From Flectonema sp. DT1601 (Eukaryota): DNA of 64,000 nt. The notes under the pieces were generated by a model that ran no database searches, was not told where the DNA came from, and saw nothing but the letters and a program-made list of their open reading frames with translations. Below, piece by piece: positions 46,700 to 58,150 of this stretch (positions within the stretch are counted from its first letter, which is position 1; every line of letters starts with the position of its first letter). The DNA is taken from NCBI GenBank assembly GCA_964019425.1, contig OZ025785.1, forward strand, positions 992,001-1,056,000. The letters run 5' to 3'. Position numbers and translations under genes: made by a program.

Positions 46700-49248
46700 T
46701 TTCTTCAAATATAAAAAAAAATTAAAAAATATAAAAGATGAAACAATGTTATCATTGTTTTTTTTATCGATCGACTATGTCGATTACTTCCAGTTTTCCG
46801 TCCTGGTCAAGACGCTAAACTGATTGTTTTTTTTTTTTTTTTTAAAAAATTAATAAAAAGAATATAAAAAAAAAAAAAAAAAAAGAATAAACAATGTTAT
46901 CATTGTTTTTTTTTTATCGTTCGACTTTGTCGACTAATTTCTATTTTCCGTTTCTTTTCTTTAAATAATAAATAAAAAGAATTTAAAATAAAAAAAAAGA
47001 ATAAACAATGTTATCATTGTTTTTTTATCGATCGACTATGTCGATTACTTTCTATTTTCCGTCCTGGTCAAGACGCTAAACTGATTGTTTTTTTTTTCAA
47101 AATTAATAAAAAAGAATATAAAAAAAAAAAAAAAAAAAAAAGAATAAACAATGTTATCATTGTTTTTTTTTATTGTTCGACTTTGTTGACTAATTTCTAT
47201 TTTCCGTTTTTTTTCTTTAAAAAATAAATAAAAAGAATTTAAAATAAATAAAAAAGAATAAACAATGTTATCATTGTTTTTTTATCGATCGACTATGTCG
47301 ATCACTTTCTATTTTCCGTCCTGGTCAAGACGCTAAACTGATTGTTTTTTTTTCAAAATTAATAAAAAAGAATAAAAAAAAAAAAAAAAAAAAAGAATAA
47401 ACAATGTTATCATTGTTTTTTTTATCGTTCGACTTTGTTGACTAATTTCTATTTTCCGTTTTTTTTCTTTAAAAAATAAATAAAAAGAATTTAAAATAAA
47501 AAAAAAGAATAAACAATGTTATCATTGTTTTTTTATCGATCGACTATGTCGATCACTTTCTATTTTCCGTCCTGGTCAAGACGCTAAACTGATTGTTTTT
47601 TTTTCAAAATTAATAAAAAAGAATATAAAAAAAAAAAAAAAAAAAGAATAAACAATGTTATCATTGTTTTTTTTTTATCGTTCGACTTTGTCGACTAATT
47701 TCTATTTTCCGTTTCTTTTCTTTAAAGAATAAATAAAAAGAATTTAAAATAAAAAAAAAAATAAACAATGTTATCATTGTTTTTTTATCGATCGACTATG
47801 TCGATCACTTTCTATTTTCCGTCCTGGTCAAGACGCTAAACTGATTGTTTTTTTTTCTCAAAATTAATAAAAAAGAATATAAAAAAATACAAAAAAAAGA
47901 ATAAACAATGTTATCATTGTTTTTTTTATCGTTCGACTTTGTCGACTAATTTCTATTTTCCGTTTTTTTTTTCTTTAAAAAATAAATAAAAAGAATTTAA
48001 AATAAAAAAAAAAAAAAAGAATAAACAATGTTATCATTGTTTTTTTATCGATCGACTATGTCGATCACTTTCTATTTTCCGTCCTGGTCAAGACGCTAAA
48101 CTGATTGTTTTTTTTTCAAAATTAATAAAAAAGAATATAAAAAAAAAAAAAAAAAAAGGAAAAACAATGTTATCATTGTTTTTTTTATCGTTCGACTTTG
48201 TCGACTAATTTCTATTTTCCGTTTCTTTTCTTTAAAGAATAAATAAAAAGAATTTAAAATAAAAAAAAAGAATAAACAATGTTATCATTGTTTTTTTTTA
48301 TCGATCGACTATGTCGATCACTTTCTATTTTCCGTCCTGGTCAAGACGCTAAACTGATTGTTTTTTTTTTCAAAATTAATAAAAAAGAATATAAAAAAAT
48401 ACAAAAAAAAGAATAAACAATGTTATCATTGTTTTTTTTATCGTTCGACTTTGTCGACTAATTTCTATTTTCCGTTTTTTTTTTCTTTAAAAAATAAATA
48501 AAAAGAATTTAAAATAAAAAAAAAGAATAAACAATGTTATCATTGTTTTTTTATCGATCGACTATGTCGATCACTTTCTATTTTCCGTCCTGGTCAAGAC
48601 GCTAAACTGATTGTTTTTTTTTCAAAATTAATAAAAAAGAATATTAAAAAAAATACAAAAAAAAAAAGAATAAACAATGTTATCATTGTTTTTTTTTTAT
48701 CGTTCGACTTTGTCGACTAATTTCTATTTTCCGTTTTTTTTCTTTAAAAAATGAATAAAAAGAATTTAAAATAAAAAAAAAGAATAAACAATGTTATCAT
48801 TGTTTTTTTTTATCGATCGACTATGTCGATTACTTTCTATTTTCCGTCCTGGTCAAGACGCTAAACTGATTGTTTTTTTTTTCAAAATAAAAAAAAAATA
48901 TTAAAAAAAAAAAAATAAAAAAAAAGAATAAACAATGTTATCATTGTTTTTTTTTTATCGTTCGACTTTGTTGACTAATTTCTATTTTCCGTTTTTTTTC
49001 TTTAAAAAATAAATAAAAAGAATTTAAAAAAAAAAAAAAAAAAAAGAATAAACAATGTTATCATTGTTTTTTTTATCGATCGACTATGTCGATTACTTTC
49101 TATTTTCCGTCCTGGTCAAGACGCTAAACTGATTGTTTTTTTTTCAAAATTAATAAAAAAGAATATAAAAAAATACAAAAAAAAGAATAAACAATGTTAT
49201 CATTGTTTTTTTTATCGATCGACTATGTCGATTACTTTCTATTTTCCG
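46700..49248. repeat. Satellite array 2 (regular A-B dimers)
   Basis: Same monomers and orientation as array 1, with nearly strict A/B alternation. Confidence 0.97.
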
Positions 49249-50409
49249 TGCAAGGGAACAGTCCAAAGCATAAGTCCGAACAGCCCTAAGGCCAGTGAAC
49301 GCACTGATTGTTAGGTATTGTATTCCAGGGAAAGTTTGGTTTGTATACTTTATTTTTATTTTATTTTATTTAATTTGTTAAAAGAAAACAGGTAACTTTA
49401 CATGAGCATCGGCTCGAACGGCTCTGGCGAAGCGAGTGAACGAGTCTGATTGCTGAGTATTGTATTCTGTTTTCTTGTTCTTTTTTTAATTTATTTCAAA
49501 CAGGGCAACAGGGGGAAAGTTTGGTTTGTATCCCCTGGGTGTTTAGCGTCACCTGTTGAGGTGTAATGTATTCTGTTTACTTCTATCCCTTTTTTTTTTT
49601 TTTTTTTTTTTTTTATTTCAAACAGGACAGCAGGGGGAAAGTTTGTTTCGTACCCCCCGGGTGCTTAGCGTCACCCTCCATGCGATGCTTGCGCAGGGAG
49701 AGCCAAGGGTCGAGAACCCTGGAGATTACCTTTGTTTCTTTTTGTGACTGGATTGCAGTGGCGCAACCCATCACCCCACCTGTTGGTATCTTTTTATTTT
49801 TTTTATTTAAAGAAAAAAGCAGGCTAAGTCGCCTGAGCTGGCATCGCCAGAATATTTAACTTCACATGGCAATGTCAGCTCGTGAAGGGATCCAGTTGGA
49901 TCAAAGGTTTTCTCCCCCCCACTCTATTTATCGTCATTGGTGCGCACCTTCGAACAGGAAGGCCAACACTGACGGAATTTTTTACTTCTCTTCCCAGGGT
50001 TGAACCTTGGGAAAAAAACAAACAATAAACACAGTGTAGACAAACACCCGCCGGACATCTGCAGAGCAGCGATCGATGTCGATGTCTTCGTTGTCGAACT
50101 TCCTGGCGTTTATGTTTTTGTTTTTAACAACAACACAACACCAACTAACAGGTTTGTCTCATTGCCCGTTCTTTCTTGTTTCCCTTTGCCGCCGGAAGAA
50201 CGAAGGTCGACGGAGGTCCGAAGCATTGCTTGCGATGATGTTCCGGTATGTGTTGCGTCTCTGTTGACGCTAAACTGATTGTTTTTTTTTCAAAATTAAT
50301 AAAAAAGAATATAAAAAAATACAAAAAAAAGAATAAACAATGTTATCATTGTTTTTTTTTATCGTTCGACTTTTTCATGTTTGATTATTTCCTCTTCATT
50401 TTTTTTTTC

Positions 50410-50440
<31 letters not shown>

Positions 50441-50632
50441 CCTCTGCCTCTCTCTTAATTCTGTTCGTTTCTTTGAAACGAAAATTCATTTGAATATTAT
50501 TCCTTGGTCAGCAACCATCATTGTCGCCCTTTGGGCCTGTTAAAAAAAATAAAAATAAAAAGAAAGTTTACATCGGGAATAGGGCAGGAGCCAAAAGCTC
50601 CCAGTCCGTTACTTCCCACTTTATCGAAATTC

Positions 50633-53600
50633 TTAGAAACTAGGAAACTAGGTTAACACTTAGTTAAAATTAAGACCGGTTAGTCAGTTTAAGGTCTTGT
50701 CTAGGACCAACATTCTTGTTTAACTTCAGTTATATTCATTTTACTTTTTATTGTTTCCCATCTGTTTTTATTTTCTATTAGTTCTGGTCAGAAACCCCTG
50801 GGCAGCAAGAAGGAAAACAGTTTAGTACTTCTGGGTGTTTGGCATCACCCCCCATAGTGAGCAAGTACAACAGGTAGCATTGGTAGTCTGTTGATCCTGA
50901 GTGATCCCAGCTACAGTTTTGTTTTTCTTTCTTTTTTTTAGAAGAAGATCAGGACATCCAAGCACTGCTGGATAGTTGCTGAATGCAGGGCCTGCCTGTG
51001 GCATTATAATAACAGGCTAAGTCATTTGTAGTTCATAGTTTACCTTTGATTTTATAACTTCACACAGGGTACTATGAACGATGAGAGATCCAGTGGGATC
51101 ACTCAGGGTCTAGTAGAGACCACCAATGTTGTGCGTTGATAGGCAAGGTGACCAACCTTGACATTCTTTCTTTTCTCTCCTGTTGTGACAAACACAAAAT
51201 ACACACACAGCTTACAGTGTGTTCTTTGTGTATGTTTTCTTCAGGTGTGAGTAGTTTTTTTGTTCTTGCTCTTCAGGGAGGGCCTTAGCCAAAAGCTAAC
51301 AGTCCAAATCTCACCTGGAAATTCAACTCATTAAAAGGTTAAAAAAAAAAAAAAAAAAAAAAAAAGATTAATCAATGTTATCATTGTTTTTTAATCGATC
51401 GACTATGTCGATCACTTTCAATTTTCCGTCCTGGTCAGGACGCTAAACTGATTGTTTTTTCTTTAAAAATAAATAAAAAGAATAAAAAAAAAAAAAAAAA
51501 AGGAATAAACAATGTTATCATTGTTTTTATTTTATCGATCGACTATGTCGATTACTTTCTATTTTCCGTCCTGGTCAAGACGCTAAACTGATTGTTTTTT
51601 CTTTAAAAAATAATAAGAAGGATTTAAAAAAAAAAAAAAAAAAAAAAAAAGAATAAACAATGTTATCATTGTTTTTTTATCGATCGACTATGTCGATCAC
51701 TTTCTATTTTTCGTCCTGGTCAGGACGCTAAACTGATTGTTTTTTCTTTAAAAATAATAAAGAATTTCGATAAGAAGGATTTAAAAAAAAAAAAAAAAAA
51801 AAAGAATAAACAATGTTATCATTGTTTTTTTTTATCGATCGACTATGTCGATCACTTTCTATTTTCCGTCCTGGTCAAGACGCTAAACTGATTGTTTTTT
51901 TTCAAAATTAATAAAAAAGAATACAAAAAAAAATAAAAAAAAAAGAATAAACAATGTTATCATTGTTTTTTTTTATCGATCGTCTATGTCGATCACTTTC
52001 TATTTTCCGTCCTGGTCAAGACGCTAAACTGATTGTTTTTTTTCAAAATTAATAAAAAAGAATACAAAAAAAAATAAAAAAAAAAGAATAAACAATGTTA
52101 TCATTGTTTTTTTTTATCGATCGTCTATGTCGATCACTTTCTATTTTCCGTCCTGGTCAAGACGCTAAACTGATTGTTTTTTTTTCAAAATTAATAAAAA
52201 AGAATATAAAAAAAAATAAAAAAAAAAGAATAAACAATGTTATCATTGTTTTTTTTTTTTATTGTTCGACTTTGTTGACTGGTCAAGACGCTAAACTGAT
52301 TGTTTTTTCTTTAAAAAGAAGATTTCATATTAGAAACTAGGAAACTAGGTTAACACTTAGTTAAAATTAAGACCGGTTAGTCAGTTTAAGGTCTTGTCTA
52401 GGACCAACATTCTTGTTTAACTTCAGTTATATTCATTTTACTTTTTATTGTTTCCCATCTGTTTTTATTTTCTATTAGTTCTGGTCAGAAACCCCTGGGC
52501 AGCAAGAAGGAAAACAGTTTAGTACTTCTGGGTGTTTGGCATCACCCCCCATAGTGAGCAAGTACAACAGGTAGCATTGGTAGTCTGTTGATCCTGAGTG
52601 ATCCCAGCTACAGTTTTGTTTTTCTTTCTTTTTTTTAGAAGAAGATCAGGACATCCAAGCACTGCTGGATAGTTGCTGAATGCAGGGCCTGCCTGTGGCA
52701 TTATAATAACAGGCTAAGTCATTTGTAGTTCATAGTTTACCTTTGATTTTATAACTTCACACAGGGTACTATGAACGATGAGAGATCCAGTGGGATCACT
52801 CAGGGTCTAGTAGAGACCACCAATGTTGTGCGTTGATAGGCAAGGTGACCAACCTTGACATTCTTTCTTTTCTCTCCTGTTGTGACAAACACAAAATACA
52901 CACACAGCTTACAGTGTGTTCTTTGTGTATGTTTTCTTCAGGTGTGAGTAGTTTTTTTGTTCTTGCTCTTCAGGGAGGGCCTTAGCCAAAAGCTAACAGT
53001 CCAAATCTCACCTGGAAATTCAACTCAGTCCTTGTCAGTTTTGGCATCAAACTTGTAATGGTTTAATCATTACAGGTTATTTACTGAAATATTTGTTCTA
53101 AAAGTTGCTAAGTATTTCTCACTTAGAAATTTTTTATTTTTTTATTTTCAGCTTAATTAGCTACAAATTGTTTCTACTAAGTGTTTCTCGCTTAGTTTTT
53201 TTTTTTTGCTTTTCAGCTCCTTAAAAGCTGCTAAGTGTTTCTGCTAAGTGTTTCTCACTTAGAATTTTATTTTTATGTTCGTTTTCTATCCCTTCTCCTA
53301 TCCCTTTTGTTCAAAATAAGCGGGAGGAAATTCTCTCATTCACGCTAAGATGCACTCTGAACTTTGATTTTTTGATCTGAGTGTGAGGGAATGACCTGTT
53401 AGTGCATTGGGCATAGGCTGGGCTGCAGTTTAGATGTCTTAGGTGTTAATAGGGGGTTCCTCTTAGCATTTTTCTTTGTTCCCACCTTATGATTTTCTTG
53501 AAGAAAAAAAATAGAAGTCATAATGGTGCTTCCCTCTGGAAGGGTTGTAAGCCATGGTGTCCAACTAAATTAAAGGACAAGTCTGGGATAATCCCTGCCA

Positions 53601-54552
53601 GAGGGGCGAGTATTCTACCATGGTTGAAATACTCTGGCAACTGATCTTCAATTTTATGTTGTTTGTTAGCTGCTGGTGTATCTCGATCATGTGTTGATAC
53701 TTGCATTTTTTTTTATTTGTAATCTTTTACTACAATAACTCTTGCAATTATCTTTTCTTTTTTATTCTCTATCTGTTCTGGTCTGTTTCTTCATTTTTTT
53801 TACATTAATAATTACATTTTGTTCAAAAAGAAAAAAAAAGAAAAAGATTTCATATTAGAAACTAGGAAACTAGGTTAACACTTAGTTTAAATTAAGACCG
53901 GTTAGTCAGTTTAAGGTCTTGTCTAGGACCAACATTCTTGTTTAACTTCAGTTATATTCATTTTACTTTTTATTGTTTCCCATCTGTTTTTATTTTCTAT
54001 TAGTTCTGGTCAGAAACCCCTGGGCAGCAAGAAGGAAAACAGTTTAGTACTTCTGGGTGTTTGGCATCACCCCCCATAGTGAGCAAGTACAACAGGTAGC
54101 ATTGGTAGTCTGTTGATCCTGAGTGATCCCAGCTACAGTTTTGTTTTTCTTTCTTTTTTTTAGAAGAAGATCAGGACATCCAAGCACTGCTGGATAGTTG
54201 CTGAATGCAGGGCCTGCCTGTGGCATTATAATAACAGGCTAAGTCATTTGTAGTTCATAGTTTACCTTTGATTTTATAACTTCACACAGGGTACTATGAA
54301 CGATGAGAGATCCAGTGGGATCACTCAGGGTCTAGTAGAGACCACCAATGTTGTGCGTTGATAGGCAAGGTGACCAACCTTGACATTCTTTCTTTTCTCT
54401 CCTGTTGTGACAAACACAAAATACACACACAGCTTACAGTGTGTTCTTTGTGTATGTTTTCTTCAGGTGTGAGTAGTTTTTTTGTTCTTGCTCTTCAGGG
54501 AGGGCCTTAGCCAAAAGCTAACAGTCCAAATCTCACCTGGAAATTCAACTCA
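50633..54552. repeat. Block X (about 700 bp): near-identical direct copies at 50633-51329, 52329-53027 and 53854-54552; partial copy at about 36392-36733
   Basis: The identical short ORF MPQAGPAF... is reported four times in the ORF track and the nucleotide sequences match by eye. Copies 2 and 3 are 1525 bp apart. Confidence 0.93.
53794..53934 (-). mobile_element. About 140-nt A-tailed retro-insertion sharing its 3' end with the HERO-like element
   Basis: Minus strand ends TCTAATATGAAATC...TTTTTGAACAAAATGTAATTATTAATGT(A)8, matching 45434-45499. Absent from the homologous site at about 36385-36395. Confidence 0.65.
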
Positions 54553-54842
54553 TTAAAAGGTTAAAAAAAAAAAAAAAAAAAAAAAAAGATTAATCAATGT
54601 TATCATTGTTTTTTAATCGATCGACTATGTCGATCACTTTCAATTTTCCGTCCTGGTCAGGACGCTAAACTGATTGTTTTTTCTTTAAAAATAAATGAAA
54701 AGAATAAAAAAAAAAAAAAAAAAAAAAAAGAATAAACAATGTTATCATTTTTTTTTTATCGATCGACTATGTCGATTACTTTCTATTTTCCGTCTTGGTC
54801 AAGACGCTAAACTGATTGTTTTTTCTTTAAAATAATTAAAAG

Positions 54843-54875
<33 letters not shown>

Positions 54876-54988
54876 ATAAACAATGTTATCATTGTTTTTT
54901 TTCTATCGATCGACTATGTCGATTAATTTCTATTTTCCGTCCTGATCGAGACGCTAAACTGATTGTTTCCTTTTTTTAAATAATAAAT

Positions 54989-55020
<32 letters not shown>

Positions 55021-55444
55021 ATCTCCCTGCTATCCTCATATCCCCACAATAATATTATACCTTTTCATTTTCTCTTTCCTTTTCTGGTCTTTTTTTTTCT
55101 TTTTTTCCTTTTTCATACAACGTTTTTTTATTTATATTTATATTTTTTTTTTTTTTTTTTTTTTTCATGTTTGATTATTTCCTCTTCATATTTTTTTTTT
55201 TCTATTCTTTCTTTTTTTTTTTTTTTTTTCTCTGCCTCTCTCTCAATTCTGTTCGTTTCTTTGAAACGAAAATTCATTTGAATATTATTCCTTGGTCAGC
55301 AACCATCATTGTCGCCCTTTGGGCCTGTTAAAAAAAAAAAAAAAAAATAAAAAGAAAGTTTACATCGGGAATAGGGCAGGAGCCAAAAGCTCCCAGTCCG
55401 TTACTTCCCACTTTATCGAAATTTTTTAAAAAATAAATAAAAAG

Positions 55445-55484
<40 letters not shown>

Positions 55485-55731
55485 AATGTTATCATTTTTT
55501 TTTTATCGATCGACTATGTCGATCACTTTCAATTTTCCGTCCTGGTCAGGACGCTAAACTGATTGTTTTTTCTTTAAAAATAAATGAAAAGAATAAAAAA
55601 AAAAAAAAAAAAAAAAAAGAATAAACAATGTTATCATTTTTTTTTTATCGATCGACTATGTCGATTACTTTCTATTTTCCGTCTTGGTCAAGACGCTAAA
55701 CTGATTGTTTTTTCTTTAAAATAATTAAAAG

Positions 55732-55764
<33 letters not shown>

Positions 55765-57950
55765 ATAAACAATGTTATCATTGTTTTTTTATCGTTCGAC
55801 TTTTCCGTTTTTTTCTCTTAAAAAATAAATAAAAAGAATTTAAAAAAAAAAAAAAAAAAAAAAGAATAAACAATGTTATCATTGTTTTTTTATCGATCGA
55901 CTTTGTCGACTAATTTCTATTTACCGTCCTGGTCAAGACGCTAAACTGATTGTTTTTTCTAAATAAATAAAAAGAATAAAAAAAAAAAAAAAAAAAAAAA
56001 AAGATTAAACAATGTTATCATTGTTTTTTTTTATCGATCGACTATGTCGATTACTTTCTATTTTCCGTTTTTTTTTCTTTTCCTGTCTGACTGACTGTTT
56101 TTTCTTTAAAAAATAAATAAAAAGAATAAAAAAAAAAAAACAAAAAAAAAAGAATAAACAATGTTATCATTGTTTTTTTATCGATCGACTATGTCGATTA
56201 CTTTCTATTTCTCTGCCTCTCTCTTAATTCTGTTCGTTTCTTTGAAACGAAAATTCATTTGAATATTATTCCTTGGTCAGCAACCATCATTGTCGCCCTT
56301 TGGGCCTGTTAAAAAAAAATAAAAAATAAAAAGAAAGTTTACATCGGGAATAGGGCAGGAGCCAAAAGCTCCCAGTCCGTTACTTCCCACTTTATCGAAA
56401 TTCATCACTTTCTATTTCTCGTCCTGGTCAGGACGCTAAACTGATTGTTTTTTCTTTAAAAATAAATAAAAAGAATAAAAAAAAAAAAAAAAAAGGAATA
56501 AACAATGTTATCATTGTTTTTATTTTATCGATCGACTATGTCGATTACTTTCTATTTTCCGTCCTGGTCAAGACGCTAAACTGATTGTTTTTTCTTTAAA
56601 AAATAATAAGAAGGATTTAAAAAAAAAAAAAAAAAAAAAAAAAGAATAAACAATGTTATCATTGTTTTTTTATCGATCGACTATGTCGATCACTTTCTAT
56701 TTTTCGTCCTGGTCAGGACGCTAAACTGATTGTTTTTTCTTTAAAAATAATAAAAAGGATTTAAAAAAAAAAAAAAAAAAAAAGAATAAACAATGTTATC
56801 ATTGTTTTTTTTTATCGATCGACTATGTCGATCACTTTCTATTTTCCGTCCTGGTCAAGACGCTAAACTGATTGTTTTTTTTCAAAATTAATAAAAAAGA
56901 ATACAAAAAAAAATAAAAAAAAAAGAATAAACAATGTTATCATTGTTTTTTTTTATCGATCGTCTATGTCGATCACTTTCTATTTTCCGTCCTGGTCAAG
57001 ACGCTAAACTGATTGTTTTTTTTTCAAAATTAATAAAAAAGAATATAAAAAAAAAATAAAAAAAAAAGAATGAACAATGTTATCATTGTTTTTTTTTATC
57101 GATCGTCTATGTCGATCACTTTCTATTTTCCGTCCTGGTCAAGACGCTAAACTGATTGTTTTTTTCAAAATTAATAAAAAAGAATACAAAAAAAAATAAA
57201 AAAAAAAGAATAAACAATGTTATCATTGTTTTTTTTTATCGATCGTCTATGTCGATCACTTTCTATTTTCCGTCCTGGTCAAGACGCTAAACTGATTGTT
57301 TTTTTTTCAAAATTAATAAAAAAGAATATAAAAAAAAAATAAAAAAAAAAGAATAAACAATGTTATCATTGTTTTTTTTTATCGATCGTCTATGTCGATC
57401 ACTTTCTATTTTCCGTCCTGGTCAAGACGCTAAACTGATTGTTTTTTTTCAAAATTAATAAAAAAGAATACAAAAAAAAATAAAAAAAAAAGAATAAACA
57501 ATGTTATCATTGTTTTTTTTTATCGATCGTCTATGTCGATCACTTTCTATTTTCCGTCCTGGTCAAGACGCTAAACTGATTGTTTTTTTTTCAAAATTAA
57601 TAAAAAAGAATATAAAAAAAAAATAAAAAAAAAAAAATAAACAATGTTATCATTGTTTTTTTTTTTTATTGTTCGACTTTGTTGACTAATTTCTATTTTC
57701 CGTTTTTTTTTCTTTTTAAAAAGTAAATAAAAAGAATTTAAAAAAAAAAAAAAAAAAAAAGAATAAACAATGTTATCATTGTTTTTTTTTATCGATCGAC
57801 TATGTCGATTACTTTCTATTTTCCGTCCTGGTCAAGACGCTAAACTGATTGTTTTTTTTTCAAAATTAATAAAAAAGAATATAAAAAAAAACAAAAACAA
57901 AAAGAATAAACAATGTTATCATTGTTTTTTTTTTATCGTTCGACTTTGTC

Positions 57951-58150
57951 NNNNNNNNNNNNNNNNNNNNNNNNNNNNNNNNNNNNNNNNNNNNNNNNNN
58001 NNNNNNNNNNNNNNNNNNNNNNNNNNNNNNNNNNNNNNNNNNNNNNNNNNNNNNNNNNNNNNNNNNNNNNNNNNNNNNNNNNNNNNNNNNNNNNNNNNNN
58101 NNNNNNNNNNNNNNNNNNNNNNNNNNNNNNNNNNNNNNNNNNNNNNNNNN
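57951..58150. other. Assembly gap (200 N)
   Basis: Run of N; true size and adjacency of the flanks are unknown. Confidence 1.

Larger units (their letters stand above)
50265..57950. repeat. Mosaic of satellite tracts (about 50265-50370, 51340-52318, 54563-55016, 55424-56210, 56403-57950) interleaved with dispersed blocks X and Z
   Basis: Same monomers recur between the copies of X and Z; the last tract runs into the assembly gap. Confidence 0.95.

Noticed and set aside
50822..51004. Repeated ORF MPQAGPAF... (four copies) as a gene
   Set aside because: Short, crosses a homopolymer-rich tract, stop position varies between copies and no domain is recognised; treated as part of repeat X.
36735..57950. 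CRISPR array or spliced-leader RNA gene array interpretation of the tandem repeats
   Set aside because: There are no unique spacers and no cas genes, and the context is eukaryotic. The monomers lack the euglenozoan SL exon core (CAGTTTCTGTACT..ATTG).
57770..58150. ORF-track starts at 57770/57913 (MLSLFFF...) for the 1802-aa ORF
   Set aside because: These are satellite sequence read through the N gap; the real N-terminus is unknown.
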